A stretch of 64,000 nucleotides of DNA from positions 1,024,001 through 1,088,000 of the forward strand of contig CAVTJJ010000004.1 in NCBI GenBank assembly GCA_963735035.1, given 5' to 3'. Below are positions 53,951 through 64,000 of this stretch, in pieces. The notes below the pieces were generated by a model. It saw only the letters and a program-made list of their open reading frames with translations, was not told where the DNA came from and did not search any database. Made by a program: the position numbers and the translations under genes. The DNA is from an uncultured candidate division Zixibacteria bacterium. Its GTDB lineage: Bacteria; Zixibacteria; MSB-5A5; GN15; FEB-12. Positions within the stretch are counted from its first letter, which is position 1, and the number at the start of each line of letters is the position of its first letter.

Positions 53951-56900
53951 ATGTATCAGCCCAAACTTTTCCGGTTTGCGTTCCAGCCCCTCTGCGCCAC
54001 ATCGAATTTCACAAGACCAATCAAGACGCTGTTCTTGCTTGGTCTTTTTGCTGTGGTATTGGGTGCCGGTTCCTCGGTTAATGCCGCGGCAACTATTCGA
54101 ACTGATTCGCTGGCCTATGAACCGGGTTCGACCGTCGGGATCATCGGCACCAGCTTCATGGCCGGTGAAAACGTTAACCTGGTCGTGACCTACATTGACG
54201 GAACCCCGCTTGCTCCGGAAGTCCAGAGCAGCTGGACCGTCGTGGCCAGCGGCACCGGCACGATTGAAACCGGTGGTACATCCGGTTACAGCGGTCTGGA
54301 CGGAGGAGAGTTCAAGGGGTTTTCCACTTTCTGGACGATGTTCACGGGTGCGGCACCGGGGGATTCACTCCTGCTGACCGCCACGGGCGGAACCTCGGGA
54401 TACGTGGCAACTACGACGCTCCTTTGTCCGTCAAGCAACTTCGACCAGCTTCAAAATGGCACTCCAACGAACCCGTCGTGGGCAAATGGCAACATCAACC
54501 AGAATAATTCCTGCTATACTGAGGGAAACTCAGTCCCGTTCCGATTCTTCGTGCAAAGCCTCAGTTCCAATTCCACGCATACATTCCAGATATCGTTTGC
54601 TGCCACGAACGGTGGAAAGCACGCTTACGACTATCTTACCCAGTACAACCTGAGCGAGTCGGGGGCGATCATCACGGTGGGCGGTGAATGTAGTTCGGTA
54701 AGCCAGGCAGCGCCGGGTGATTGTGCGACCCCGGTCGCCGTGGTGGCGCTTCGTGATCCTCGTCTAAGCGCCAACTACAACTCCACACCCGGACCGGAGT
54801 TGTCGGGTATCCTTAATCTCTCGTTCCCGATCGACGGCCCTGGCAGTCTGTTTGCCTACAACGCCACCAACGTTACGATCAGCAAGTTCACGATCGGAGG
54901 AACGGTCTCCAATCGCACCTTGACGGCGACCGTTACCTTCAAGACCCTTCATAGCGGCAGTGCCGGTTTCTTCTGGGGCGGGCACATGGCTGAAGGTGTG
55001 ACTCCCGGCTGGGGTGTCAACATGGGGGCCGGTTCGATCACCGGTTCTTCATGGCATATGGATGCCGGTAAGGTCGACGGGTCCGGCGGGATGGTTGGCC
55101 GATCCGTTCAGAAGGGTACTATTTGTGTCGCCCCGACGGTTACTCTTTCCTGCAGTGCCGGTCCTTATTGTACCAACACCACCCAGACCTGCTCTGCGAC
55201 GGCCGGAGCTGGGACTTACTTCTGGACGATCACCGGTGGTACGCTTCTCACCGGCCAGGGTACCAATTCGATCACTTATAAGATTACCGCCTTGGCCGGA
55301 AGCCCGGTTACCGTCGCGGTGAACGCGAGCAACAATAACGGTGGCTGTGCCGGGAGTACTTGCAGCACCGACGCGAGCACACAGTTTACGGCCGAGGACT
55401 GCTGTACCGTGGCGATTACGTGCCCTCCGACCGCTACCGTTGCTTGCAATCAATCCATCAATCCCAGCAATACCGGAACGGCTACTTTCACGACTACCGG
55501 TTCCTGCCCGCTTCCGATAACTGTAAGTTACACCGATACCGAGACCGCCGGTGCCTGCCCGCAAGCGAAGACTGTTTCCCGTCTGTGGAAGGCCACCGAC
55601 GCCAACGGCCAGGTACGTGCTCAGTGCACCCAGACGATCAATGTTATTGATAATGTCGCGCCGGTGCTTTCCAGCGCTCCGGCCAATGTGACGGTTGAAT
55701 GCAGCAGCATTCCGGCTCCGGCCACTCTGACCGCCACCGACAACTGCGATCCGTCGCCGACCGTTGCAATGACGCAGACCACGACTCCTGGTTCCTGCGC
55801 CCAGCGGTATACTTTGACCCGCACCTGGACCGCGACCGATCACTGCGGCAACGCTTCGTCACGCTCGCAGGTCATTACGGTACAGGACACGCAGGCTCCT
55901 ACCATTACGTGTCCGCAGACAGTCACGGTGCAATGCGCCAGTCTGGTGCCGGCGCCTAATACGGCCCTGGTAGTAGTGAGCGACAACTGTGATCCGGCTC
56001 CGGTGGTTGCGTTTGTGAGCGACGTTTCCAACAATCTGACCTGCCCCGAGACGATCACCCGCACCTATCGGGCGACCGATGCCTGTGGCAACTCGGCCAC
56101 TTGCACCCAGCAAATCGTCGTTCATGATACGACCGCGCCGGTTGTGACTTGCCCTGCTCCTGTTTCGGTGCAGTGTCTGGCCGACGTGCCCGCTCCGAAT
56201 CTGGCTTTAGTGAGTGTGACCGACAATTGCGATCCGAACCCGGTCAAGGCCTGGGTGAGCGATCAACTTGGCACCACTACCTGTCCCAAGACCATTACCC
56301 GGACTTACAAAGCTACCGACGCCTGTGGTAACATCGGAAGCTGCACGCAGACTATTACAATAGATGATACTACGCCGCCGGCGATTACCTGCCCGGCTAA
56401 TACGTCGGTGTTGTGCGGCCAGTCCAGCGATCCTGCCCACACCGGCTATGCGACTGCAACCGACAACTGTACCCCCACTGGCAGTATCGTGATTACATAC
56501 GCAGACGTAGCCAACGGCGTAATTACCCGCACCTGGACTGCGACCGATGCCTGTGGCAACCAATCGACTTGCGTTCAAACTATCAACACTCCTCCGGATA
56601 CGGCTCCGCCGGTAATTACATCCTGTGCGGCGCCGGTAACGGTTGACTGCTTCGCCGATGTTCCCGCGCCGAACCCGGCGCTGGTCGTGGCCACTGATGC
56701 CTGTGACCCGAATCCGGTGACTACTTTTGTAAATGACGTACAAACCGGTTCGAGCTGTCCGTATACGGTTACCCGGACTTATCGCGTAACGGACGCTTCG
56801 GGCAACTCGTCAACCTGTACTCAGACAATTACAATCGACGACAACACGCCGCCAGTATTGGTCGGCACGCCGGCCAATGTAACGGTGAGCTGCGATGCTA

Positions 56901-59900
56901 TCCCGGCCCCGGCGACAGTGACGGCGACCGACAATTGCGCCGGAGTGACGGTCAACTATGACCAGTCCGATACTCCCGGCGCCTGTGCTCAGGCCAAGAC
57001 GATCACGCGCACCTGGACCGCGACCGATTTCTGCGGCAACCAGACGGCCTACTCGCAGACTATCACGGTTGTAGACAACACCGCGCCGGTGATTACGAGC
57101 TCTCCGGGTGCTGTCTCAGTACAGTGTGTAGCGAATATCCCGGTTCCTAATACTACCCTGGTAACGGCCACCGACAATTGCGATCCTGCTCCTGTGATTT
57201 CGTTCGTGAGCGATGTTTCCAACGGCCTGACTTGTCCGGAGACTTTCACGCGCACCTACAAGGCCCTGGATGCCTGTGGCAATGTGTCGTTCTGTACGCA
57301 GACGATAACGGTTCACGATACCACGCCGCCGACGATTTCCGGTCCGGCACCGGTCTCAGTTCAGTGTCTGACAGCAGTCCCGACACCCAACCCGGCTCTG
57401 TGCTCGGCGAGCGACAACTGTGACCCGACGCCCACTATCACCTTCGTGAGCGATGTGCCGAACGGTTCCGGCTGCCCGATAACCATCACTCGCACCTACA
57501 ATGCGACTGACGATTGCGGCAACTCGGTGACTTGTACTCAGACAATTACGGTTCACGACCAGACCGCGCCGCAGATCACCGACCCCGCGCCGGTCTCCGT
57601 ACAGTGTATGGGAGAAGTGCCTCAGCCGAATCCGACCCTGTGCACGGCTACTGACAACTGCGACCCGACCCCGACCGTCACGTTTGTGAGCGACGTCCCG
57701 AACGGCTCCGGTTGCCCTATGACTATCACTCGCACCTACAAGGCGACCGACGATTGCGGCAATGAGGCGACCTGTACGCAGACGATCACGGTGAATGACC
57801 AGACGCCGCCGCAAATTACCTGTCCGGCGCCGGTTTCGGTCCAGTGTCTGTCTCAGGTGCCGACACCTAACCCGGCTTTGTGTGTGGCGACCGACAACTG
57901 TGATCCGAATCCGACCGTTGCTTTTGTGAGCGACGTTCCGAATGGCACCGGTTGCCCGATGACCATCACTCGTACTTACAAGGCGACGGATGATTGCGGC
58001 AACGAGGCGACCTGTACGCAGACAATCACGGTCAATGATCAGACCCCCCCGCAGGTAACTTGTCCCGCGCCGATATCGGTACAGTGCGCGTCGCTGGTGC
58101 CGGCTCCGAACACGGCTCTGTGTATGGCGACCGACAACTGTGACCCGAATCCGGTTATCGCTTTCGTGAGCGACGTCTCCAACGGTCTGTCGTGTCCGGA
58201 GACGATCACCCGTACTTACAAGGCGACCGACGATTGCGGCAACGTCGCGACCAGCACTCAGACGATTACGATACATGATTTGACTGCGCCGCAGTTGACC
58301 TGCCCGGCGCCGGTAACGGTTCAGTGTATGTCGGCGGTTCCGCAGCCGAACCCGACACTGTGCACGGCCACTGACAATTGCGATCCGACTCCGACCGTTA
58401 CTTTTGTAAGCGATGTTCCGAACGGTTCCGGTTGTCCTCTGACCATCACGCGTACCTACAAGGCGACCGATGATTGCGGCAACGAGACATTCTGCACGCA
58501 GACGATTACGGTGAACGACCAGACCCCGCCGCAGATTTCCTGTCCGGGTCCTCTTGCTTTCTCCTGCGTAGGCGACGTGCCGCAGGCGAATCCGGCTCTT
58601 TGCACTGCCACCGACAATTGTGATCCGAATCCGGTGGTGGTGTGGGTGAGCGATGTGCCTCTGGGCTCGTGCCCGATGACCATAACTCGCACTTACAAGG
58701 CTACTGATAATTGCGGCAATCAGGCTACCTGTCAGCAGATCATCACGGTGCATGACCAGACGCCACCACAAATGGTGGGATGTCCGGCCAACGTGACCGT
58801 GGAATGCAACAATATCCCGGCGCCGGCCAATGTGACGGCCACGGACAACTGTTCCGGTGTAACGGTTGCCATGGTGGAGACCACCATTCCCGGTGCGTGC
58901 GCTCAGTTCTACACTATCACTCGCACATGGACGGCTACCGACGGCTGTAACAATCATGCTTCATGCCAGCAGACCATAACGGTCCATGACACCACGCCGC
59001 CGCAAGTTACCTGTCCCGATGCGATTACGGTTAACTGTCTTGGCGAGGTGCCGTCGCCAAATACGGCGCTTGTCATAGCCAACGACAATTGCGATCCCAA
59101 TCCCACGATCACTTTCGTGTCCGACGTTCGCGAAGGGACCGGCTGCCCGATGTACGTCGCTCGCACTTACCGTGCGGTCGATGCCTGTGGCAATGCGGCT
59201 ACCTGCACGCAGATGATTACTATAGATGATCGGTTGGCGCCGCAATTGTCCGGTTGCCCGCAGAATGTCACAGTGAGCTGTGGCCAGATTCCGCCGGTCG
59301 CTACCGTGACGGCCACCGACAACTGTGACGGTACGGTGAGCGTCACTCTCAACGAGGTTACTACTCCCGGGAGCTGTACTTACAACTACACGGTAACTCG
59401 TACCTGGACCGCGTCGGACATCTGTGGGAACCAGGCGCAGTGTCAACAGGTCATTACGGTTCGTGACGACACCGACCCTGAGATGACCTGCCCGGCCCCG
59501 CTCACGGTACAGTGTATCGGCGAAGTGCCACAGCCGAATCCGGCATCGGTGACCGTGTCCGACAACTGCGATCCGCATCCGGTCGTCTCGTTCGTGAGCG
59601 ACGTGCGCGGGCCTCAAAGCTGTTCGACCCTGATCATGCGTACTTATCGGGCCGTGGATGCCTGTGGCAACGAGGCCACTTGCACGCAGATGATTACGCT
59701 GAACGATGAGACACCGCCTGTCTTTACAACTTTCCCAACCGATCAGAACTTGTCCCAGTGTCAACCGACTCAGATTTGTTTGCCGGTGGTGGCTTCCGAC
59801 AATTGCCTTGGCAGTGTGGTCTATTCCGTGACGGCCGGTCAGGGCGCCATAGCCAACGGGCAATGGTGTTTCACACCGACCGCTTCGACCTCATTCGCGG

Positions 59901-62026
59901 TTACCGTCAGAGCGGCTGATACCTGCGGCAATTTTGTAGAGAGAACCTTTAACCTGGCCGTTCAAGTCAACCGGGTGCCGTCGTTCACCAATTGTCCGAC
60001 CAATGCCCAGGTTCACTGGGGTCAGACTTACACGGTTGATCTTGATGCGACCGATCTGGATGCCGGTCAGACTTTGACCTACAGCCTCTGTCCGAGCGCT
60101 CCGGCCGGAGCGTCGATAAACCCGACCACCGGCGTGCTGACATTTGCCGCGACCGCGCACGACATCTGCGATCCGAGCCTGTGTGTCATCGTCAAGGACA
60201 ACTGCAATTCGGCCGATACCTGCTCGTTCGACATCTGTGTCACCAACGATCCGCCGGTGATCACGTGTCCGGAATCGCAGACCCTTTGCTACGGCTATCC
60301 GCTCGAGACCCAGGTGACTGCGACGGATCCCGACCACGGCCCGTACCAGTTCTTCCATCTGGTCAACGGTCCGGCCGGTCTGCAGGTCAACGCCACTACG
60401 GGTCAGGTGACCTGGCCGAATCCGGTTCCCGGTTCGTACCAGGTGTGCGTCACGGTTACCGACAGTGCTGCGGTCTGTTCGCCGTGCAGCCCGTCGAATT
60501 CCGATACTTGCTGTTTTGCGGTGAACATTGTATCGCTCGACCTGGTCATCGAAAAACTTCACGATCAGATTCAGGGTCAATACACTGACGTCAGCATTGA
60601 TTTCAAGAACCAGGGCACGAACTGGCCGATAGCCGGTTTCGACCTGCTCATACAGTATGACGGCACGGCGCTGAGCTTCCAGATGGCGACCGAAGGCAAG
60701 TTCTTCACCGACTGTGCCTGGGAGTATTTCACCTATCGCTTTGGCGCCAATGGCAACTGCGGCGGTGGCGCATGTCCGTCGGGTATAGTACGCATCGTCG
60801 GGATGGCCGAAACTTCGGGCGGCAACATGGCCAACCACCCGGACTGCTATTCCAACGACGGCATTCCGAATCCAGGCCCCGGATCGACGACCTCAACCGA
60901 AATGGCGAATCTCAGATTCCTGGTCTCGGATAACCGTACGCTGGAATGTCAGTACGTTCCGATTCGTTTTGTCTGGTACGATTGCGGCGACAACGCCCTT
61001 TCGAACGTGCGTGGCGATACCATGTACGTATCACACTTCGTCTATGACTACGCCGGCGAGACCGGCCTTCCCCCGGTGGTGCAGTGGAACGACATTACCG
61101 GTCTGGACAATGACATGCCGACATTCACCGGTGCTCCGTCGCCGCAGTGTGATACCAGGTTTAAGTTCTGGCCGGTACGTTGTGCCAACTTCTACAACGG
61201 CGGTGTGGATATAATTTGCGCCGATTCGATCGACGCTCCTGGCGACATCAACCTGAACAACGTGGCGTATGAAATCGCCGACGCCGTAATGCTGACCAAT
61301 TACTTCACCATCGGCATGTCGGCTTTCGAAGGACACATTGAAGGCTCAATTGCGGCGTCCGATGTCAACCGTGACGGTCTCACGCTGTCAGTCGCCGACC
61401 TGGTTCTGCTGATTCGGGTGGTGGTAGGTGACTGCCTGCCGTACGCCAAGGAAATGCCGATGGCGCCTGTGGCCGCGGGATATTCCGTCGACGACGGAGT
61501 GGTGGCGGTATCGACCGACGTTGATATAAGCGGCGCTGCTCTCGTGGTGCGCGGAAACGTGGCGCCGGAGCTGCTGGCTACCGGTATGGACATGGCTTAC
61601 GCGTACGACGGCACGGTCACACGGATCGTTGTAACACCGCCGGTCAACGCGACTTCGATGCATTCCTTCCGCGGGGCCTTCATAAAGGGTATATACGGCG
61701 ACATCGTGTCGCTTGAGTTGGCCACGGCTCAGGGTGTCCCGGTGACGGCTCGAAACGTACCCGCGCGGTACTCGCTGAGCCAGAACTATCCGAACCCGTT
61801 CAACCCGATGACGACAGTCGAGTTTGCCTTACCGGCGGCCGGAGACTACCGTCTGACGATCTACAACATTGAAGGTCGCCAGGTGGATGTGTTCGAAGGA
61901 CGCGCGGACGCGCCGGGTGTATTCCGGATTGACTGGAATGCAGTTGACCGGGCCAGCGGTGTGTACCTGTACCGACTTGATGCCGGGAAGTTCTCACAGA
62001 CCCGCAAGATGTTGCTCTTGAAGTAG
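53951..62026 (+). CDS. Giant secreted protein: 18 Cys-rich HYR-like repeats, cadherin/Ig-like domains, cohesin-like and dockerin-like domains, T9SS-type CTD
   Basis: Signal peptide; repeats TCP..V.C..P...ATDNCDP...TITRTY.ATD.CGN; IAGFDLLIQYD; GDINLN..IADAV / SDVNRDG..SVADLV; YSLSQNYPNPFNP...TRKMLLLK. Confidence 0.9.
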   Translation: MYQPKLFRFAFQPLCATSNFTRPIKTLFLLGLFAVVLGAGSSVNAAATIRTDSLAYEPGSTVGIIGTSFMAGENVNLVVTYIDGTPLAPEVQSSWTVVASGTGTIETGGTSGYSGLDGGEFKGFSTFWTMFTGAAPGDSLLLTATGGTSGYVATTTLLCPSSNFDQLQNGTPTNPSWANGNINQNNSCYTEGNSVPFRFFVQSLSSNSTHTFQISFAATNGGKHAYDYLTQYNLSESGAIITVGGECSSVSQAAPGDCATPVAVVALRDPRLSANYNSTPGPELSGILNLSFPIDGPGSLFAYNATNVTISKFTIGGTVSNRTLTATVTFKTLHSGSAGFFWGGHMAEGVTPGWGVNMGAGSITGSSWHMDAGKVDGSGGMVGRSVQKGTICVAPTVTLSCSAGPYCTNTTQTCSATAGAGTYFWTITGGTLLTGQGTNSITYKITALAGSPVTVAVNASNNNGGCAGSTCSTDASTQFTAEDCCTVAITCPPTATVACNQSINPSNTGTATFTTTGSCPLPITVSYTDTETAGACPQAKTVSRLWKATDANGQVRAQCTQTINVIDNVAPVLSSAPANVTVECSSIPAPATLTATDNCDPSPTVAMTQTTTPGSCAQRYTLTRTWTATDHCGNASSRSQVITVQDTQAPTITCPQTVTVQCASLVPAPNTALVVVSDNCDPAPVVAFVSDVSNNLTCPETITRTYRATDACGNSATCTQQIVVHDTTAPVVTCPAPVSVQCLADVPAPNLALVSVTDNCDPNPVKAWVSDQLGTTTCPKTITRTYKATDACGNIGSCTQTITIDDTTPPAITCPANTSVLCGQSSDPAHTGYATATDNCTPTGSIVITYADVANGVITRTWTATDACGNQSTCVQTINTPPDTAPPVITSCAAPVTVDCFADVPAPNPALVVATDACDPNPVTTFVNDVQTGSSCPYTVTRTYRVTDASGNSSTCTQTITIDDNTPPVLVGTPANVTVSCDAIPAPATVTATDNCAGVTVNYDQSDTPGACAQAKTITRTWTATDFCGNQTAYSQTITVVDNTAPVITSSPGAVSVQCVANIPVPNTTLVTATDNCDPAPVISFVSDVSNGLTCPETFTRTYKALDACGNVSFCTQTITVHDTTPPTISGPAPVSVQCLTAVPTPNPALCSASDNCDPTPTITFVSDVPNGSGCPITITRTYNATDDCGNSVTCTQTITVHDQTAPQITDPAPVSVQCMGEVPQPNPTLCTATDNCDPTPTVTFVSDVPNGSGCPMTITRTYKATDDCGNEATCTQTITVNDQTPPQITCPAPVSVQCLSQVPTPNPALCVATDNCDPNPTVAFVSDVPNGTGCPMTITRTYKATDDCGNEATCTQTITVNDQTPPQVTCPAPISVQCASLVPAPNTALCMATDNCDPNPVIAFVSDVSNGLSCPETITRTYKATDDCGNVATSTQTITIHDLTAPQLTCPAPVTVQCMSAVPQPNPTLCTATDNCDPTPTVTFVSDVPNGSGCPLTITRTYKATDDCGNETFCTQTITVNDQTPPQISCPGPLAFSCVGDVPQANPALCTATDNCDPNPVVVWVSDVPLGSCPMTITRTYKATDNCGNQATCQQIITVHDQTPPQMVGCPANVTVECNNIPAPANVTATDNCSGVTVAMVETTIPGACAQFYTITRTWTATDGCNNHASCQQTITVHDTTPPQVTCPDAITVNCLGEVPSPNTALVIANDNCDPNPTITFVSDVREGTGCPMYVARTYRAVDACGNAATCTQMITIDDRLAPQLSGCPQNVTVSCGQIPPVATVTATDNCDGTVSVTLNEVTTPGSCTYNYTVTRTWTASDICGNQAQCQQVITVRDDTDPEMTCPAPLTVQCIGEVPQPNPASVTVSDNCDPHPVVSFVSDVRGPQSCSTLIMRTYRAVDACGNEATCTQMITLNDETPPVFTTFPTDQNLSQCQPTQICLPVVASDNCLGSVVYSVTAGQGAIANGQWCFTPTASTSFAVTVRAADTCGNFVERTFNLAVQVNRVPSFTNCPTNAQVHWGQTYTVDLDATDLDAGQTLTYSLCPSAPAGASINPTTGVLTFAATAHDICDPSLCVIVKDNCNSADTCSFDICVTNDPPVITCPESQTLCYGYPLETQVTATDPDHGPYQFFHLVNGPAGLQVNATTGQVTWPNPVPGSYQVCVTVTDSAAVCSPCSPSNSDTCCFAVNIVSLDLVIEKLHDQIQGQYTDVSIDFKNQGTNWPIAGFDLLIQYDGTALSFQMATEGKFFTDCAWEYFTYRFGANGNCGGGACPSGIVRIVGMAETSGGNMANHPDCYSNDGIPNPGPGSTTSTEMANLRFLVSDNRTLECQYVPIRFVWYDCGDNALSNVRGDTMYVSHFVYDYAGETGLPPVVQWNDITGLDNDMPTFTGAPSPQCDTRFKFWPVRCANFYNGGVDIICADSIDAPGDINLNNVAYEIADAVMLTNYFTIGMSAFEGHIEGSIAASDVNRDGLTLSVADLVLLIRVVVGDCLPYAKEMPMAPVAAGYSVDDGVVAVSTDVDISGAALVVRGNVAPELLATGMDMAYAYDGTVTRIVVTPPVNATSMHSFRGAFIKGIYGDIVSLELATAQGVPVTARNVPARYSLSQNYPNPFNPMTTVEFALPAAGDYRLTIYNIEGRQVDVFEGRADAPGVFRIDWNAVDRASGVYLYRLDAGKFSQTRKMLLLK
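55398..59710 (+). repeat. Intragenic tandem repeats of ~80 codons (~240 bp), 18 units
   Basis: Counted from the translation; units 9-14 (~57320-58760) are the most similar. Confidence 0.9.
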
Positions 62027-62063
62027 ACGTTCGATCTCGTCCTATGAAGGACGGCTGAAATAG

Positions 62064-62097
62064 AAGGCCCCTCGGTCACGGCAACCGAGGGGCCTTT
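62064..62097. terminator. Probable bidirectional terminator between convergent genes
   Basis: aaggcccctcggt-cacggca-accgaggggccttt. Confidence 0.8.
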
Positions 62098-62158
62098 ATC
62101 TTGCTTACACTGTTCGAGGACGAATTAGAGACGGCGGCAACCGGAAGATTCCCTGCGT

Positions 62159-64000
62159 TTACATTATCACCACCAGCTTGCCGATCTGGACGTTACCTTT
62201 GTCGTCCTCGACGGTCCAGTAATAGAGTCCCGCGACCACCAATTGGGCGTTGCGGTTGATAAGATCCCAGGTGTCGTGGTTGGCGAGATAATCATCGGCA
62301 TCCCGTTCGTGATGCAATTCTCTGATCAAGTCGCCGTCGAGTGAGAAGATGCGAATGTCGCATTTGGGCGGAAGGTTAGCGAAGTGTATCAGCCGGGTCT
62401 TGTCTTCGGGTACCGTCATGTGCCCCCGACCCTCGTAGCCGGTCGCGCGATAGTCGTCATCTATACGATACGGATTCGGATACACGAATGCCTTCAGGTC
62501 CTGGTTCGCGATGTCGTCCGAAGAAGCGAGAGGGAAGACCGCCTTGGGGAGCAGCGCCGGGCTTGTCTCAAGACCGGGCAGGTCCAATTCAGGAAAGCCA
62601 TAGTCAAAGGCCGTTACGTTGACATAATAGGATACTGTCGGAAGCAGATCGTCGAAAGTGTACTCGTATTCATAGTACTTAAGATAGCCGTCGGGTGTGA
62701 AGTAGAGCGTGTCACCGCGATCGGGGAAGTAGTGTTGGAGAGAATCGGGATTGACGTACGGCGGTTTGGGCGAATAAGGATATACCTTTCGGATCTGGGT
62801 CGTGGCGATTGACGGGTCGTCCGACATGACCGAGCGATTGTCGCTCTGCGGAGTGAAGAAGTAGACCGCGTCTTTGCCCTTGGGGCCTCCGAGAATAACG
62901 AGCGGTCGGGTCCGGGGATAGTTGTCCGGGTGCCAGGTAACGTCATTGCACGAGTCTCCGTAAATGCAGCGAAGTTCCTGGAGGGTGAACGGGGGATCGG
63001 TCAGAACGAATCGTTTCGACGCGCTGTCCCAGCGCCAGCGATTGTAGTCTTCGCGATCGTACGAATCAACCAGCGAGAAGCTGGAAGGGCGGTCGTCTCT
63101 CGCGATGTAAACGCGATAACCTTCGAAGTCATATTCGCGGGTAAACGGGTCGGCGGTGTTTTCGGCCATAACGCCGTTCCAGACTAGTCTTATGCTCCCA
63201 ACTTCGGGATAAACCCTCAATCCGCGCAAGGTATCGCCCTGCGCATTTATGAACGTGTAGGTCGACGGATTGGGCGGGGGGGAAGCGCCGCGCAAATCAG
63301 GAATGCCGTCACCCTTGCGCCAGACCGTGTCCACCGCGGCGTAGGCCCAGTGACACTCAACATAATTGGTGTCCGGGGTGGCGTTCGTATCTACAAGGGT
63401 ATCGCAGACCAGCACGGAGTCGTCGCCCAGGTTGCAGAGCGTATACTCACCGGCGTAGCCGTCGCTGTCAGTGTCCACGCCCGGATTGTCGTACACCCAC
63501 TCCGCCCAGGTAGAGCTGGTGAAAAGGGAGTCGAAGTGGACGTTCTTGTACCACTGCTCAGGGTTATCGGGGAGATTCTCGATGTTGTCCGGGTCGCGAT
63601 GAAACTTCATGCCCGCGACATAAGCGAATGCCAGCGGTAGAGTTTGCCCCGGGTCCAGGGCAAACGGACCAAAAGACAACAGGTAGCGGGAGTCCAACCC
63701 CGAGACCACCGAGTCTATCCATTGCGGTGGAGGAGTCACCCAGGTGCCGTCAAGAAATTGAATCTTACCGATCATGACCTGATCGTAGTCGTGTTCGCCG
63801 TTGCGAAGAAAATGGTACGAGTTGCGGTCACCCCACGGCGTGCCCAGGTTTCCGAAGCCGAGATCGCGGTAGCTGGCGATCGCCTGAGGTCCGAAATCCC
63901 GATAAGGGGTTGACCAGTCTGTCGACCACCAGTTGAAGGAAACTCGGAGCGAGTCCACGGGGGTGCGGATAATTCTGGCTCCGGTTATGTTCGGCATCCA
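62159..64000 (-). CDS. Large secreted protein, C-terminal part, with FN3-like and T9SS/FlgD-like CTD (5' end outside the window)
   Basis: SFGPFALDPGQTLPLAFAYV, FEGYRVY, YYVNVTAFD, VYPNPY...ANLPPKCDIRIFSLDGDLIREL...GLYYWTVE...GKLVVIM. Confidence 0.8.
   Translation of the reverse strand, partial: WMPNITGARIIRTPVDSLRVSFNWWSTDWSTPYRDFGPQAIASYRDLGFGNLGTPWGDRNSYHFLRNGEHDYDQVMIGKIQFLDGTWVTPPPQWIDSVVSGLDSRYLLSFGPFALDPGQTLPLAFAYVAGMKFHRDPDNIENLPDNPEQWYKNVHFDSLFTSSTWAEWVYDNPGVDTDSDGYAGEYTLCNLGDDSVLVCDTLVDTNATPDTNYVECHWAYAAVDTVWRKGDGIPDLRGASPPPNPSTYTFINAQGDTLRGLRVYPEVGSIRLVWNGVMAENTADPFTREYDFEGYRVYIARDDRPSSFSLVDSYDREDYNRWRWDSASKRFVLTDPPFTLQELRCIYGDSCNDVTWHPDNYPRTRPLVILGGPKGKDAVYFFTPQSDNRSVMSDDPSIATTQIRKVYPYSPKPPYVNPDSLQHYFPDRGDTLYFTPDGYLKYYEYEYTFDDLLPTVSYYVNVTAFDYGFPELDLPGLETSPALLPKAVFPLASSDDIANQDLKAFVYPNPYRIDDDYRATGYEGRGHMTVPEDKTRLIHFANLPPKCDIRIFSLDGDLIRELHHERDADDYLANHDTWDLINRNAQLVVAGLYYWTVEDDKGNVQIGKLVVIM

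Noticed and set aside
57356..60838. Long antisense ORFs (533, 300 and 315 aa) opposite the giant protein
   Set aside because: Shadow frames of a GC-rich repetitive gene with no protein-like motifs.

Overview
This is a bacterial chromosomal window from a GC-rich diderm. It is probably a candidate-division Zixibacteria / FCB-group organism, inferred from the Cys-flanked dockerin-like modules and T9SS-type C-terminal domains. The housekeeping backbone is lpxH, purL, tilS-hpt-ftsH-folP-cdaA, lepA/lepB-hemW, rarA, ruvX-mltG, kdsB-pyrG, a polysaccharide export/amino-sugar cluster and a DRG-like GTPase. It is interrupted by lone accessory genes embedded in dense clusters of several palindromic REP/REPIN/MITE-like repeat families. 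Main observations: (1) Between hemW and rarA, three unrelated cargo genes, one an ApeA-like HEPN nuclease, are stacked between interlocking 100-150 bp direct repeats, with an orphaned, synonymously diverged copy of the rarA 5' end. A smaller orphaned gene start occurs at tilS. This suggests integrase-free, repeat-associated cassette stacking. (2) HemW carries an 86-codon in-frame insertion containing these palindromes. (3) A tandem-HTH protein is fused to a catalytically dead LeuC/aconitase fold and coupled to a HIT hydrolase. (4) Four secreted dockerin-bearing paralogues and a ~2690-aa HYR-repeat/cohesin/dockerin/T9SS-CTD protein suggest a non-cellulosomal surface scaffold. (5) A pseudo-histidine kinase / sigma54 activator / GAF operon. 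ftsH and a DUF5916 gene are frameshifted, most likely from sequencing error. No rRNA, tRNA, CRISPR array, integrase or transposase was recognised. All calls come from manual motif reading; no searches were run.
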